DNA of 64,000 nt from the NCBI GenBank assembly GCA_043228905.1, contig JBHGNT010000005.1:22878001-22942000 (forward strand), given 5' to 3'. Shown piece after piece: positions 1-13,684 of the stretch. This DNA comes from Azolla caroliniana (taxonomy: Eukaryota > Plantae > Polypodiophyta). Within the stretch, counting starts at the first letter, position 1; every line of letters begins with the position of its first letter. Both the position numbers and the translations under genes were made by a program. The notes beneath the pieces were generated by a model. It did not search any database. It was not told the origin of the DNA and was given only the letters and a program-made list of their open reading frames with translations.

Positions 1-2741
1 CATTATACTTCACTTTGTAAATCTATCTACAACTGATCGCCTTCTCGTGAGGTGCGTGGGGAACGAGATCCCATGTCTCGTTCTTGCATAATGCTTGCAT
101 CTCCTCTTTTATTGCTTCGACCCATCGTGGATCCTTGGCTACTTCGGAAAAATTTCCCGGTTCACGAACTATCACCACCTTCATCATAAAGGCATAATGG
201 TATGTCATATAGTCATTATCGCCGAATCGGCTAACCAGATTCTTCTCTTGGGTGGAGCGAAAGAGTTTCTCATTTGCCGATGCGAGTACTTTCTTACTCC
301 AGGTGACCTCATAAGAGGCACATCAAAGCCACCATACTCACTGTCGAATGAGTGAGTCCATTCGTTGCCGTCAAATTGATCGTTTTCATATTCCAACATT
401 TTAGTCTTGCCTTTGTCCATCTTCGAACTTGGCCGAGATGTGCTCTGGTCGCTCGGGGGTTCTTGTGGCCCACTAAGCCTGGTCGTGATCGAACTTTCTT
501 TGAACATATGCCTCAGTTGATCTTTGTCTTAGTTGGCCAAGTTTAGGTCGACTGGAAATGATTTGGGAGGAGTCAGCTCCAGTTCGTACCATGATGCCGA
601 TTCGTCAAAGACGATATCCCGACTTACATGAACCTTCTGATTAGAGGGGTTGAAGCACTTGTACCCCCTTTGATCTAATGAGTACCCTACGAGAATACAC
701 TTCTTCGACTTGGGATCTAGCTTTTCCCATATTTCGTCGGGAATATGCACGTATGCGATTGAGCCAAATATCCTTACATGGGATATAATCAACTTCTTTC
801 CATAATACTTCTCATGAGGAGTGACCTCGTGCACTCCAGATGTTGTGCACCGGTTTATGAGGTAGACGACAATATTTGTAGCTTCTGCCCAATATGACTT
901 GAGCATATGCTTCTTGTTCAGCATGGCCCGTGCTATTTGGAGGATGTATCGATTCTTGCGTTCGGCTACACCGTTATGTTGCGGTGTGTGTCGGCAAGTG
1001 AATTCTCGTCGAATTCCTTCTTGGCGAAGGTATGCCGTGAACGCATGAGAGAAGTATTCCTTTCCTCTGTTTGACCGAAGACATCGTACATGGCAGCCAG
1101 TTGTCTTTTTGACTTCGCTTTTGAATTTTTGGAAGGTAACATAGTACTGACATCCTCCGAATGTGGTTGTTTGTGTCGGTCCCCACACATCCGAGTGGAC
1201 CGCATATAGGGGGCCTTTGCTCACATTTCTCTTCTTTTGAAATGCGTGCCGATGTTGCTTACCGAATTAGTAAGATCCACATACTCCTTCAATCTCTTTC
1301 TCTTTGAACGTCAGAAGTCCAATGACGACTCCTTTCGATTGCATGCCCTTGAGTTTCGTGAGATTGATATGGCCAATTCTTTTGAGCCATAACTCTATGT
1401 CTGTGTCGACTTTGAGGCCCTTTGCAAACATGGCCGATTTCACCTCGTTCAGCACGAGGATAAACATTCGACCTTCCCTCGACCTCGAGCGATGTGTCGA
1501 CCTTCTTTCTTGATGAAGCAACCACCTTGATTGAATCAAACTTGCATGCCCTGCTCAACAATTTGGCTGACCGAGACCAAATTCTTCGTTATGGCCGGTA
1601 CATGCAAGACATTTTTTATGCAAGTTTGTTCGCCATCTTTCCCGAATGGGACATTGCTGATATACCGAATCAGATGAGTAGTGTCGTCTACGGTTTCGAC
1701 ATAGTCGGGTAAATCCGGCTCTCATAAGTCTCAATGCCATTCTTGATGAGACGTCATATGTTTTGAAGCACCAAAGTCGACAATCCATACATCTACTGGA
1801 TTGGAGGCACTAGTCGAAGTAGAAGCCGACGTAGAATTTGCTCAATGTCTCATCACGAACATTCCGCCATGGTCATCTGAACGTTCCTTGATTGTTTCCG
1901 CTTTCTTGCCGAAAGTGAGAGTTGTTTTCATAGGTCGGACCTCATCCGAATCAGCCTTTTGCTCGGCCACGTCCTCTTCCTCCGTTCGAATGTGTGTAGA
2001 GGATGTGGCCTTCCGAGGCATTGCTCCTTGTTCGAACATGGTTTTCTTCAACCAACAACATGAATTGAAGATCAAAGAAAGAGGGAGGATTCTCCCTTGT
2101 TAGGATGACGATTCTCATCGTGCCGAACTGTGGTGCAAGGCCGCCGAGGCATATTTGTACCATCTCATCATCCTCCACATTGACACTTATTGAGCCGAGT
2201 GAATCACAAAGCTCCTTGATATTCAAGGTGTAATTTGTGATGGACATATCCCAAGTTTGTTGGATATTATTCAATTCTTGGCGGAGTTGAAGCTTTCTTG
2301 CGGTTGTGTTGCCCGCGAAAATCTTCCTACGATTCTCCCACGTTGCCTTCGGCGTCTCGACTTCTCGAATGTAGCCAAGCATGTGGTCATGAACACATGT
2401 CGCCAAGCAATACATTACTCGATTCACGGCTTGCTCCCATGTTGAGTAATCAATGTCTTTTGGGTCGTGTCGATTAGCTTGTGCTCGTTTGATGTAGCTC
2501 TAATATCCTTGACCGACAAGGTATTGATGCATCTTGTACTCCCAAGATGCAAAGTTGTTTCTATCTAACTTCTCGCCAGGGAGAGCGCTCTTTATTTGAT
2601 TATGTCGATGTAGATTTCTGCCTTCTTCTTCTCTCTTGAATACGAGCTATGTAGCAGCACTACTATAGCAAATCGTCGGCATAGACACAACACAACACAC
2701 ACAGATGGGTTACATCGAGCTACCAAAGCGCTCTGATACCA
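1..2741 (-). mobile_element. Degenerate Ty1/copia LTR retrotransposon, internal region (gag, protease, GAG-pre-integrase, integrase, start of RT); runs off the left edge of the window
   Basis: Gag/UBN2-like ORF 1951-2427 (ARKLQLRQELNNIQQ); protease WIVDFGASKHMT at about 1752-1790; LWLKRIGHIN in 1267-1539; integrase 529-1224 (VHSDVWGP, TPQHNGVAERKNR, KCILVGYS); RT start 23-208 (AIKEEMQALCKNETWDLVP). The order INT before RT is copia. Many frameshifts. Confidence 0.95.
2730..2741 (-). other. Primer-binding site complementary to the tRNA-iMet 3' end
   Basis: Minus strand reads TGGTATCAGAGC immediately after the LTR terminal CA. Confidence 0.9.
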
Positions 2742-2790
2742 TGTAAAGAATCAATGATGATTTTGTGCAGCAGAATAGGTTAGAGATGTG

Positions 2791-2835
<45 letters not shown>

Positions 2836-3172
2836 TTTGTTTGAGGAGAGGAGAGGAGATGAGAGAGACACAAGATAGATCAAATGGAAAATAGAATACT
2901 CAAGAAGATGTATATTACAAAGGAGGTTAACCGATACATTACAAAGTAGGAGGAGGGTGCTTTATATAGTCACCCTCTCTCTTCATTAACTACCGAAGCT
3001 CATGGGTCATGGGGAATGTGGAAACTCAATAGTTATGTGTCATAGAATATGATTCTATGACACATAGTTAATGCTACAAAAGTAATCGTGACTTTTAAAT
3101 TTGACCTTTGAGTGTTCATACACTCTCAAGGTGTGTTCAAACACTAAACTAGGTTGAGCTTGATTCTCAATA
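2742..3172 (-). mobile_element. 5' LTR of the copia element (outer boundary approximate)
   Basis: Ends ...TTTACA on the minus strand next to the PBS; TATA-like CTATATAAA near 2961-2969; CA/CT-rich U5; outer end TATTGAGA resembles a mutated TGTTGAGA. Confidence 0.65.
2792..2832. repeat. (GT)n microsatellite inside the LTR; other SSRs at about 23007 (AT)n, 28885 (TC)/(AC)n, 46323 (GT)n, 51220 (AAT)n and 51665 (AT)n
   Basis: Direct reading of the sequence. Confidence 0.9.
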
Positions 3173-3613
3173 GAAACCCTAAAATGGAAAAAACCACAGG
3201 AGTCCATAGACTTTGAATAGAATCACTATATCAAGAGGAATACAATAAGAGACTCTAAGGGAAGGGAACAACCTTCATCTACAAGCGGTTACAGACTTAC
3301 AACTCTCTCTCACTCTCTCTCTCACACTAGTTACACTCTAATGCACGCTAATGATTCCACCACATATAATGATTTGCCCTAAGTGTATTTACAATATGGG
3401 CTATTTACAAATATAGCCCACCAAGGGAACATTGAGGCTATTTTCAAATATAGCCCCCAGTCAGCTTCAACCGGTTCGACTATTTACGGAATTGATTATT
3501 ACTCCAATTCGGCCTCAACCGAATCGGGAATTGGTTGATTTTTCGGCCTTGGCCGAGTTGTTGTCAACCGATTCAGCTCATCTCTCCATCCTGAGGAACT
3601 AGTTTTCCCAACA
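3173..3613 (-). mobile_element. Fragment of a second, different LTR into which the copia appears to be nested
   Basis: Minus-strand start TGTTGGGAA at 3613 and LTR-like composition; not similar to 2742-3172. Confidence 0.4.
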
Positions 3614-4149
3614 ATATTTCCGCAGCACATAATCACATACTTGATTATTTACAATCACACATTCAAGAAAACCAAAAATTTCAAAGATCATCAGAGACTA
3701 ATAATCCAATAATTCAGATTTTCAAATTTCAAAAACCAGTAATCTTGATTTTCACATATAAAAAGTGTAGTTGCCAAAAGTTTCAAAGAGCACACATAAT
3801 CAAAGACCAAATACTTCAAAGATCGGGTTTTTCTAGAGACCCAAAACTCCAAAGCTCAGACTCAATTAGATTCTCAAATTTTGAGAGACCAAAATCAAGA
3901 TTGCACTGATGTAAAAAGTTTAGTCATACATATTTAGAGACAAAAAACTTAAGGTTTTAATCTTTAGATATAAAGCTCTAGTCAACAAAAACTTCAAAAA
4001 TTATTAAAACCAAAAAAACTCAGAGGTCATTCCTCTTGTTTAGTAGATGGCAAAATACGCCCACTTTTTTTACAACAGTCAAGATTAGAGCCCCTTGAAG
4101 TCAATGTCAAGCCATCACAATGCAAACATTGAACCTTCTCAATCTCACA

Positions 4150-5150
4150 CATTTGCAGCCACCTCTTAGCATAAGGCTAGAATCTACCACTGTCATATAT
4201 CTCTTGCCTCTACATGTACATTCTATCACGATCCCTCCAATGTAAGTGGCAGGGACATAGTTCTCGATTACAGTATGCATTAGATAAGTTAACTCTTCTT
4301 CTCAAGGTAGTGTACTTGATAAATTGCCAATGTCTCTCCACAAGATTGGTAGTGTCAACATATCCATAGTTGAAGAAAATACCAACTTTAGGCCATAGAT
4401 TCCTCCAAACATAAGTTAGTCCATCCCATTCTCCTTCTATATACTCACAAGCTCTGTGTTTATCTAAGGATTCTTGCATTACCTCCTCCCAAATAGCATT
4501 GAAAGTAGATTTTGTGACGCAATGCATGAGTTGGTTTCTTGCAACAACATTTACTTTGGGCAACAAGTTGTCAACCCATGTTTTTATCGCAATGGAATTG
4601 ACACAATAAAATATCGCAATATGTTTGTGATCTTTTGTCATTTGCGACAATCCAACTTTGATGGTCTCGAGCAATAACATTATAAATGACATTATATTCT
4701 GTCCAAGTTTTATCAATGACTATGGCATTTGGCCTCATAGTTGGCATGATTGCAAATATAACTTTCAAACAAGTTTCCAATGCAATTTGCTCATGATTTG
4801 AGTCCTGATTAGAACTATATACCATATACCATATACCAAAGTGGGATCCCCATGCCCATAGCATTTTGTCCAACTATTGCATATAATGGTAACCCGAATT
4901 GATTTGTTTTGAAGATGGAGTCAATTGCCAAAGAGTTGTTCACACAACTGCATTTCCAAAATTTCATTGATCTTGAAGTATCAAGATAAATGGTTGTAAG
5001 GTTGGAGATCCATCTAGGCCAAGCAAGTATGGTTGGACAATGTGCCACTTTGCCTTAGCTCTTTAAGTGCATAGGCATCTTGCATCATCAAAGACCAATC
5101 ATCTTCCTATAATGCACTTTTAATTTTTAGCTTGTTCACCATATTATGTG
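4150..5150 (-). pseudogene. Mutator/MULE-type DDE transposase remnant
   Basis: Frameshifted fragments: LAIDSIFKTNQFGLPLYAIVG (first D, DxTxxTN-like), RPNAIVIDK (second D), and YIEGEW...DTTNLVERHWQFIK (TTNxxE motif). Confidence 0.8.
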
Positions 5151-6039
5151 CCTCCTTAGACTAACCTTAGGTGTCCACTTCATGAATTTAATGGACTAAC
5201 CTTAGACTTGTGAAATGATTCTTTTCGCATGCAACATGCCTTGCACACCCAAAATCAAACATGTCATGCAAGCAATAACTTATTACATTATGATGGATAG
5301 GCAAAAATACACATTAAACTTGTTCTTTGGACATGTTCCATATAATAGCCATATATGTAAATGCTCACATCCCATGTTCACCCCTTCATGTAGCCTTAGG
5401 TTACATGAAATTTGCAACCACAATGCTTTAACCCCTTCATGTAGCCTTAGGTCACATGTATATTAAATCTGAGGATGACAACGAGTTTGAGGACAATGAG
5501 ATATTTATCTAGGTAAGTTGTAAGAATCCAATTTATAATATATACATTCAGGTAAGAATTTCGAGTTAGTTGCAAGAATGCAGTTTATACTTTCTCTTTG
5601 TTTGAATATTGGCTAGGACATTTCCAACATCCACAACAATCTCAAAATAGTCTCTTGCATACACATTAGCCCATCCAGAACAATAGAATTGGAAAAATCT
5701 GTATATATACAAATTGGATACACAATATAAGGAATCTTACTGGGACATTTCCAACATCTACAACAATCTGAACATATGCCCATCCACAATAACTGAATAT
5801 GAATATGCAACTCACTGAATATACAACATACAACACAATATTCACAAATTGATATATAAAATATCAAACTGAAATTCCAATAGAATATAAACAAATTCAA
5901 TTTACAGCACGATTCACAATAAAGTGGATCTAAAATGTTGGAAGCTTCATTATCAATTCTTTGAATATACAATACTTTGCAGTGAAGTGATTTACAATAT
6001 TAGAATTTACAGCCACCTAAAAACCCTATAATGCCAAAT

Positions 6040-6566
6040 TATTGCATTAACGCGTACCAACTCCTCGTGATCATGTTTGAATATTGGTAAGACCCCTGTA
6101 CAAAAATAAACATAAAAACCCACTATACAAAACTTAAGTCAGAAGACACAAAATTTGGTGATCTCAAACTTGGCAAAAACTCAAATAGCATAAGAATAGA
6201 CTGCGTCACATAATATCCACAGTCCGTCCCATTGGGTTCAATTAGGATGTCAAGCTCATAATAACAATTCTCCAGTCTGATACAATGGACATCAACAGTG
6301 CTTGAGGTTTTTGTTACGCATATTTCTCCGAAACTCTTGAATGCAATTGAGGCCAAATTATTCAATGCATTCATTAACACAATAGGGCTCAACACTATTT
6401 TCAAATTCAAACCGAATGGAGCACTCTTCGTCTTTATCCAAAGGATCCAATGCCGAGGATGACGTGTGGCTATAAGGAAACAAATCACACTCTTGAACGT
6501 GCCCCAATATATTGTTAACCTTATTGGTTTGATTATACAGTTAAACGCAAAAGTGCATATGTTCAA
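6040..6566 (-). pseudogene. Ulp1/peptidase C48 (SUMO protease)-like remnant
   Basis: PRHWILWI (catalytic His motif) and EPNGTDCGYYV (QxNxxDCG-like Cys motif); the Asp and Gln positions look altered. Confidence 0.7.
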
Positions 6567-7060
6567 TCCTCATGTTCAGCAAGTTCACGGTCCATGTAGA
6601 TGCAACATCCCCCTTTGTGCACAATGTCCACAATTCTAACTCTAAGATGTAGCACAACAAATTCAATCTTCTACAAAGTTGGAACCTGATTTGTATATCC
6701 AAAATACCAACAGACCCTTAAATTAATGCAACCATGTAAACTAACCACATCACATGCTTACAAAATAAGCTTACCACTTTACATTCTGATTGACCTCATA
6801 GGTTTCCCATACACAATCTAAACAGATAACACATTACCAAGTACATCAGCATTATCAGATTGAATCATCACATACAGTCAGGTCCACCTCTTTCCCTAGA
6901 AGTTGGATTTTTCCTCTTCTCAAAGTTCTCCCGGTTGAGATGTTCCCATATTTTCAGTGGTTTGCAAACAGTTGGCCCTACACTGCAATTACAATGATTG
7001 GAAAGTACATATTGGACTAAAATTTTGGGGAATAAATTTTCAGGGAAACACCATACTTAC

Positions 7061-8410
7061 GTAAGATTCGTATCCTCTCACAATCCTTGCCTGAATCTTC
7101 TCCATCCGCTCATCTTTTGAAGTGTCATATATCGCCATCGCGTCATAACAAAACTTTTCTACAAATTCAGACTCCGTGCCGGTTCGGAGTGGTTCAGGGA
7201 TTGCATTGTATCTATCCAACGCTTTCTTCCGTAACTTTCTCTGAAATGACTGACGAGATCTAGTATATTTCGTTTCAGCATTACAAAAGCGCGTGAATGA
7301 CCTTTCCCTTTCGTAATTGCTGAAGTATGGGGCACCACGATATTTCCCTTCAAACAGCTGCTTCTCTTTCACTATCTTCAGCCCTCTTGGAAGCAGGGTC
7401 TTAATGCCATGTTCCTTTAATAAATGTGCCTCTATGTTTCTTTTCTTGTGAAACCACCGTGGGTTTTGCTGGCATGACTCTGAAGCTATACATATGCGAG
7501 ATTTGGTCCCCATCGGATCTCGGCCACACTTGACGATAGAAAGTGGGTCAACTCCATCTAATTTGCCTGTGTTGTTAACATCTAATGTGCATTACAATAA
7601 TAAAAAACTGCATCTATCTGTAACTGGAATACACAGATCTAAACAAAATTACCTGTTGGAGAAGAATCTGAATCTGGTTCTCCCTTTAGCTCATTGAGTG
7701 CATTGCATTCATGAACCAGTTCGGTATTTGCATCCTCCAAAGCCTCTGCCTTTGCTGCCTCCATGCTGTTTTGGGCCTCCGTATTACCTGTTGGTGGAAA
7801 TTCTGAATCTGGTTTTCCTGTTGGCTCATCGAGTGTTTTGCATTCATGAACCGTTTCGGAGTCTGCATTCTTGGAAGTCTCTGCCTTTGGCACCACCATG
7901 CAGTTTTGGGCCTCCATATAACCTGTTGAAGGAGAATCCGAATCTGTTTTTCCTTTTGGCTCGTTGAGTGTATTGCATTGATGAACCGGTTTGGTATCTG
8001 CATCCTCAGAGGTTTCTGCCTTTGGCGCGTTCATGCTGTTTTGGGCCTCTATATTACCTGTTATAGGAGAATTCGAATCTGGTATTTCTTTAGGCTCATC
8101 GAGTGTATAGTATTCATGAACCAGTTTGGGGTTTGCTTCCTCAGAAGTCTCTGCCTTTCGCACCTCCATGCTGTTTTGGGCCTCCATATTTCTTATTGTC
8201 TTGGTTATGGTACCCCTTCTTACATAAACCCTCCAACCATTACCAAAGAGAAGCAGTTAGAACACATGCATTATAAGCATAGTCTGTGATACATTGTTGA
8301 AATGGAATAAGAAACGTGTGAATAATTACAGTCAAATACCTCACTTCAGTGGAACTTCTTTCACCACGTTCTGGATCACTCTCAAGGACCTCTGCGGACC
8401 TGGCAACCAT
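7061..8410 (-). CDS. Unit 1 spliced coding module: exon A 8340-8410, exon B 7653-8230 (4 x 45-aa acidic repeat), exon C 7061-7581 (atypical C2H2 finger + helical domain); unknown function
   Basis: GT-AG boundaries with consistent phases (0/2, 2/1, 1/0) give one open frame; C-x5-C...WFHKKRNIEAHLLKEH. The following exon D carries a 1-bp deletion in this copy. Confidence 0.65.
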
Positions 8411-8634
8411 CTATGCAAGCAAGGCAGAAAACAACGCATTACGTGACTTTTATGTGTACCACAATTTAGGCAATACCGAAAACAATGGATCACATGATAT
8501 GTGGACTTCAGTAGATTATGTGCAATATTCATACATCAAAATCAATAATGAATATGAACAGATTTGGGAAACAAAAATTTCAACAAGAACATATGGTTTG
8601 ATCAGCCAGCTATCTATATAATCATCCTTTAGAT

Positions 8635-9095
8635 TCTGAATATACACTCTTTTGCATGCACATTATGCCCACTGACAACAATCTGAACATACACTTTCTT
8701 GGATACACAGTATGCTCGTCCTTTCCGATCTCAATATACACTCCCTGGCATGCATATTATGCCCATCCACAATAATCTGAATATACACTCTCTTGTATAC
8801 ACAGTATGCCCATCCGTCCCAATCTGAACATACACCCTTGCATGCACATTATGCCCATCCACAATATCTGAACATTAACTCTCTTGCATACACAGTATGT
8901 CCATCCTTTCCAATCTTAATATACACTCTCTTGTATGCACATTATGCCCATGCACAATATCTGAACATACACTCTCATGCATATACGGTATGCCCATCCC
9001 TTCCAATCTGAATATAAACTTTCTTGCTCCCTATTATGCCCATCAACAACGATCTGAATATACACTCTCTTGCATACACGTTATGCCCATCCACA
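8635..9095. repeat. Degenerate ~38-bp minisatellite (AATCTGAATATACACTCTCTTGCATGCACATTATGCCCATCC-like), also at about 10955-11415, 15485-15950 and 18910-19165
   Basis: Repeated TATGCCCATCC and CTGAATATACAC motifs at about 38-bp spacing, in two alternating variants. Confidence 0.9.
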
Positions 9096-9439
9096 TTGCT
9101 CAATACCAAAAACAGTGAATAGACAATCTCTTAAATTTGTTCATGGTCATATAAATTAACGAAACAAGAAACAAAAGAATTAAAAAACATCTCTTTCTCT
9201 CTCTGTACCACAAAATCTCTTTCTACCGAGTCCAGCTCTTTCGGTGGCAGTTGGATTTTCGCTCTTCTAACAGTTAGCTGGGAGTTTGACTGTGTGTTCA
9301 TCTGTCTCACGCTTGAGATGTTCCCATGATTTTCAGTGGTTTGCGAACGATGGGCCCTACACTGAAATCACGAAGATTGGAAACTACATATTGGTTTCAA
9401 ATTTTGGGGAATCAATTTTCAGAGAAACACCATACTTAC

Positions 9440-10730
9440 GTAAGATTCGTATCCTTTCGCAATCCTTGCCCGAATTTTCTCTATCCGCTCGTCTTTTGAA
9501 GTGTCGTATAGAGCCATCACGTCATAACAAAACTTATCTACAAATTCAGGCTCTGTGCCAGTTCGCAGTGGTTCAGGGATTGCATTGTATCTGTCCAATG
9601 CTTTCTTCCGTAACTTTCTCTGAAATGACTGACGAGATCTAGTATATTTCGTTTCAGCATTACAAAAGCGCGTGAATGACCTTTCCCTTTCGTAATTGCT
9701 GAAGTATGGGGCACCACGATTTCTCCCTTCTAAGAGCTGGTTCTCTTCCACTATCTTCAGCCCTCTTGGAAGCAGCGTCTTAATACCATGTTCCTTCAAT
9801 AAATGTGCCTCTATGTCTCTTTTCTTGTGAAACCACTGTGGGTTTTGCTGGCATGACTCTGACACTATACATATGCGAGATTTGGTCCCCATCGGATCTC
9901 GGCCACACTTGACGATAGAAAGTGGGTCAACTCCATATAATTTTCCTGTGTTGCTAACATCTAATGTGCGTTACAATAATAATAAAAATGCATCTATCTG
10001 TAACTGGAATACACGGATCTAAACAAAATTACCTTTTGGGGGACAATCTGAATCTGGTTTGGCATTTGCCTTTGCCACCTCCATGCTGTTTTGGGCCTCT
10101 GTATTACCTGTCGGTGGAAATTCTGAATCTGGTTTTCCCGTTGGCTCACCGAGTGTTTTGCATTCATGAACCGTTTTGGAGTCTGCATTCTCAGAAGTCT
10201 CTGCCTTTGGCGCCACCATGCAGTTTTGGGCCTCCCCATAACTTGTTGAAGGAGAATCCGAATCTGTTTTTTCTTTTGGCTCATTGAGTGTATTGCATTG
10301 ATGAACCGGTTTGGTATCTGCATCCTCAGAGATTTCTGCCTTAGGCGCCTGCATGCTGTTTTGGGCCTCTATATTACCTGTTATAGGAGAATCCGAATCT
10401 GGTATTTCTTTTGGCTCATCGAGTATATCGTATTCATGAACCAGTTTCGTGTTTGCTTCCTCAGAAGTTTCTGCATTTCGTACCTCCATGCCGTTTTGGG
10501 CCTCCATATATCTTGTTTTCTTGGTTATGGTACCCCTTCTTACATAAACCCTCCAACCATTACCAAAGAGAAGCAGTTAGAACACATGCATTAGAAGTAT
10601 AGTCTGTGATACATTGTTGAAATTGAATAAGAAACATGTGAATAATTACAGTCAAATACCTCACTTCAGTGGGACTTCTTTCACCACGTTCTAGATCACT
10701 CTCAAGGACCTCTGCAGACCCGGCAGCCAT
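9440..10730 (-). CDS. Unit 2 coding module (about 3.5 x 45-aa repeat + C2H2-like domain); further exon D at about 9209-9361
   Basis: ORFs 10019-10507 and 9419-9892; splice sites conserved with unit 1. Confidence 0.65.
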
Positions 10731-11515
10731 CTATGCAAGCAAGGAAGAAAACAATGGACTACATGACTTTTATGTGTACCACATTCTAGGGAATACCAAA
10801 AATAATGGATTACATGACATGTGGACTTCAGTAGATTATGTGCAATATTCATACATCAAAATCAATGATGAATATGAACAGATTTGGGAAACAAAAATTT
10901 CAATTTGAACATATTGTTTGACCTGCCAGCCATCAACATATTCATCCTTTAGAGTCTGACTATACACTCACTCTCTTGCATGCACATTATGCACATAGAC
11001 AACAATCTGATCATACATTGTCAAGGATACACAGTATGCTCATCCTTTCCGATCTCAATATACACCCCCTGCCATGCACATTATGCCCATCCACAGTAAT
11101 CTGAATATACACTCTCTTGTATACACAGTATGCCCATACGTCCCAATCTAAATATACACTCTCTTGCATGCACATTATGCCCAATATCTGAACATTAACT
11201 CTATTGCATACACAGTATGCCCATCCTTCCCAATCTTAATATACACTCTCTTGTATGCACATTATGCCCATGCACAATATCTGAACATACACTCTCGTGC
11301 ATATATGGTATGCCCATCCCTTCCAATCTGAATATAAACTCTCTCTGCATGCTCATTATGCCCATCAACAACAATCTGAATATACACTCTCTTGCATACA
11401 CGTTATGCCCATTCACATTGTTCTCTACCAAAACCAGTGAATAGACAATCTCTTAAATTTGCTCATAATCATATAAATTAACAAAACAAGAAACACAAGA
11501 ATTAAAAAACATCTC

Positions 11516-13684
11516 CGTTGCCAAGCAACTATAGGACAATCATGATTGGCCATTACTTGGCTAAACTATATGGCTCAATTCTAGAATCAGAATTGAGTAT
11601 ATGGGCAGATCAGAATGGCTGCCGTTCAGTTGGACAGGCAGGCTTTCGGAAGGGGCTCACAACTTTGGATCACATATTCACCCTCCGGGCCCTTATTGAG
11701 GAGGGCAGAGCCCACAATAAGAGGATTTATTGCTGCTTTGTGGATTTCCAAAAAGCCTTTGACACTGTGCCACGTGCGCGGCTTATGCAGCGGCTAGAAG
11801 CCCTTGGTGTTCCTGCATATGGAATGGGGAATCTATGCACTCTATGAATCCGTGTCAAGAGAAGTCCGTTCTTCCAAGGGCTTGTGAGAGGCGGTGGCTA
11901 GCACAATTGGAGTGAAGCAAGGATGCCCACTATCCCCCACTCTCTTCGGCCTCTAGGGGGTTCCGGAGCACGCCTAGCAGGTATAGCTATACACATATTA
12001 CTATATGGTGATGACATTGTGCTGATTTCTGACTCTCTGGAGGGACTACAAAGACATCTTAATGCCTTAAAACTATTTTGTACAGACAAAGGTTTATCAA
12101 TTAACATGGACACAACTAAAGTGATAGTGTTTAACACCACTCAAGCATGGGTAACAAGATCAGAACCAGAATTCTTCTTGGGAGAGGAAAACATTTACAG
12201 GACCTAGGTTCTCCTTACAAGAGGCTGGTTGTGCCCGACTTTCTCATGGATATGCAGCCCTTGGTGCTCTCAAGAGACAATGTGCACATTTGCAGTTCCA
12301 AGAGCCAAGGACTAAGTTATGGTTATTTGATACACTTGTCACACCAACTCTTCTCTATGGAGTAGAAACATGGGGACCGAGTCTTAACAAGGCAAATCAT
12401 TGGAAAGATTTAGAGAGACATTTAGTGTCAATGATTGTTCGCATGATAAGGAGCAAAGCATTGGTGCCCCATGATATAATCCGGGCAGAGATGGGAGCAG
12501 CACCTATAATAACCTAGGCATTGTTCCGATTAGTGACATTTATCCAACGTCTTTGGGAGCTCCCTAAACGAAGGTACCCAAGCTTGGCACTTATGTCATC
12601 AAGACAACTAGCTGAAAATGGAGACACTCATTGTTGGTATTCTAAAATGCAGCAATGGTTCGAGTCACATGGCATGAGTATAAACGCACTACCCCCGTTC
12701 CAATATAGCTTGGACTATCCCCATCTAAATATGATCAAAGTGGAAAAGAACAAAGTGATCCAAACTGATATTATTAACTTGAAAAACAAGATAACATGGA
12801 TCAGACCCAAAATACCACTTGGTACAAAGATGGCCCACTATAAGACACACTTCTTACATACATCAGAGGATGGATTCGTTATCAGGCCACCTTATATGGA
12901 CATACATCTATCCTATGCGCTGCGTAGTGTGATAGGCCAGCTGCGAACTTCATCACATCAACTAGAGTTGAGGTAGGCAGATATACACGACTACCTCTAT
13001 AAGAGAGAATTTGCCAATTGTGTCATCAAGGAGTGGAATCTGAGGAACACTATATTTGTCATTGTTGTGTCTTTTATGAAATCAGAGGGAGATACCATTG
13101 CCTCTTTAAACAAGGCTTTGGCCCACTACGCAAGGTAATGGAATACGAGGACCAACGATGCCTAGGACTTTTCTTGCTAGAGCTCAAGAGACATCGGGAA
13201 AAGTTGTTGAAGAATACAGCCACACAAGCTCATCCACAAAAAACAATCACAACTTTCTTTGGCCCCATCACTCCTAATGCTACAAGTCCATCACGGGATA
13301 CACAAATTCGACCCGGACCAACACATAACAAATGGGTTACAATTGATCAGGCAATAGCAATTTGCCGTGCACGTAGGCCCTGGCCCCATGGACCATGACC
13401 TCGACACCCTTGTTATCGACAAATAAAAGCCATTATCTCCCGCCATTGTAGGTGTTTCCCTCGCTTCGGAGACATTTCCATTTTGGATCGACCTATGGTA
13501 GAGATCTTTCGAAGACAAAAGCTACAATATACCTAACTTGAGAATCTCACATGTGCCAAAAACCAGATTCCCTTGTGTAATATTTATTTTATTTTAATTT
13601 GTTCTCAAAGACGAGAAAACACTCAAGATGCAATCTCTTATTTGGTCTTATAGGCCATTTTGGCCTCTTAAAAGATGTTAATAT
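11516..13684 (+). mobile_element. Non-LTR retrotransposon (LINE) 3' part: RT + C-terminal CCHC + 3' UTR; degenerate
   Basis: PSNYRTIMI, QAGFRKG, CFVDFQKAFDTV, GVKQGCPLSP, LLYGDDIVL; TSSHQLE...ICQLCHQGVESEEHYICHC; terminal hairpin AGGCCATTTTGGCCT at 13652-13666 followed by a (CTTT)n-like tail. Confidence 0.92.
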
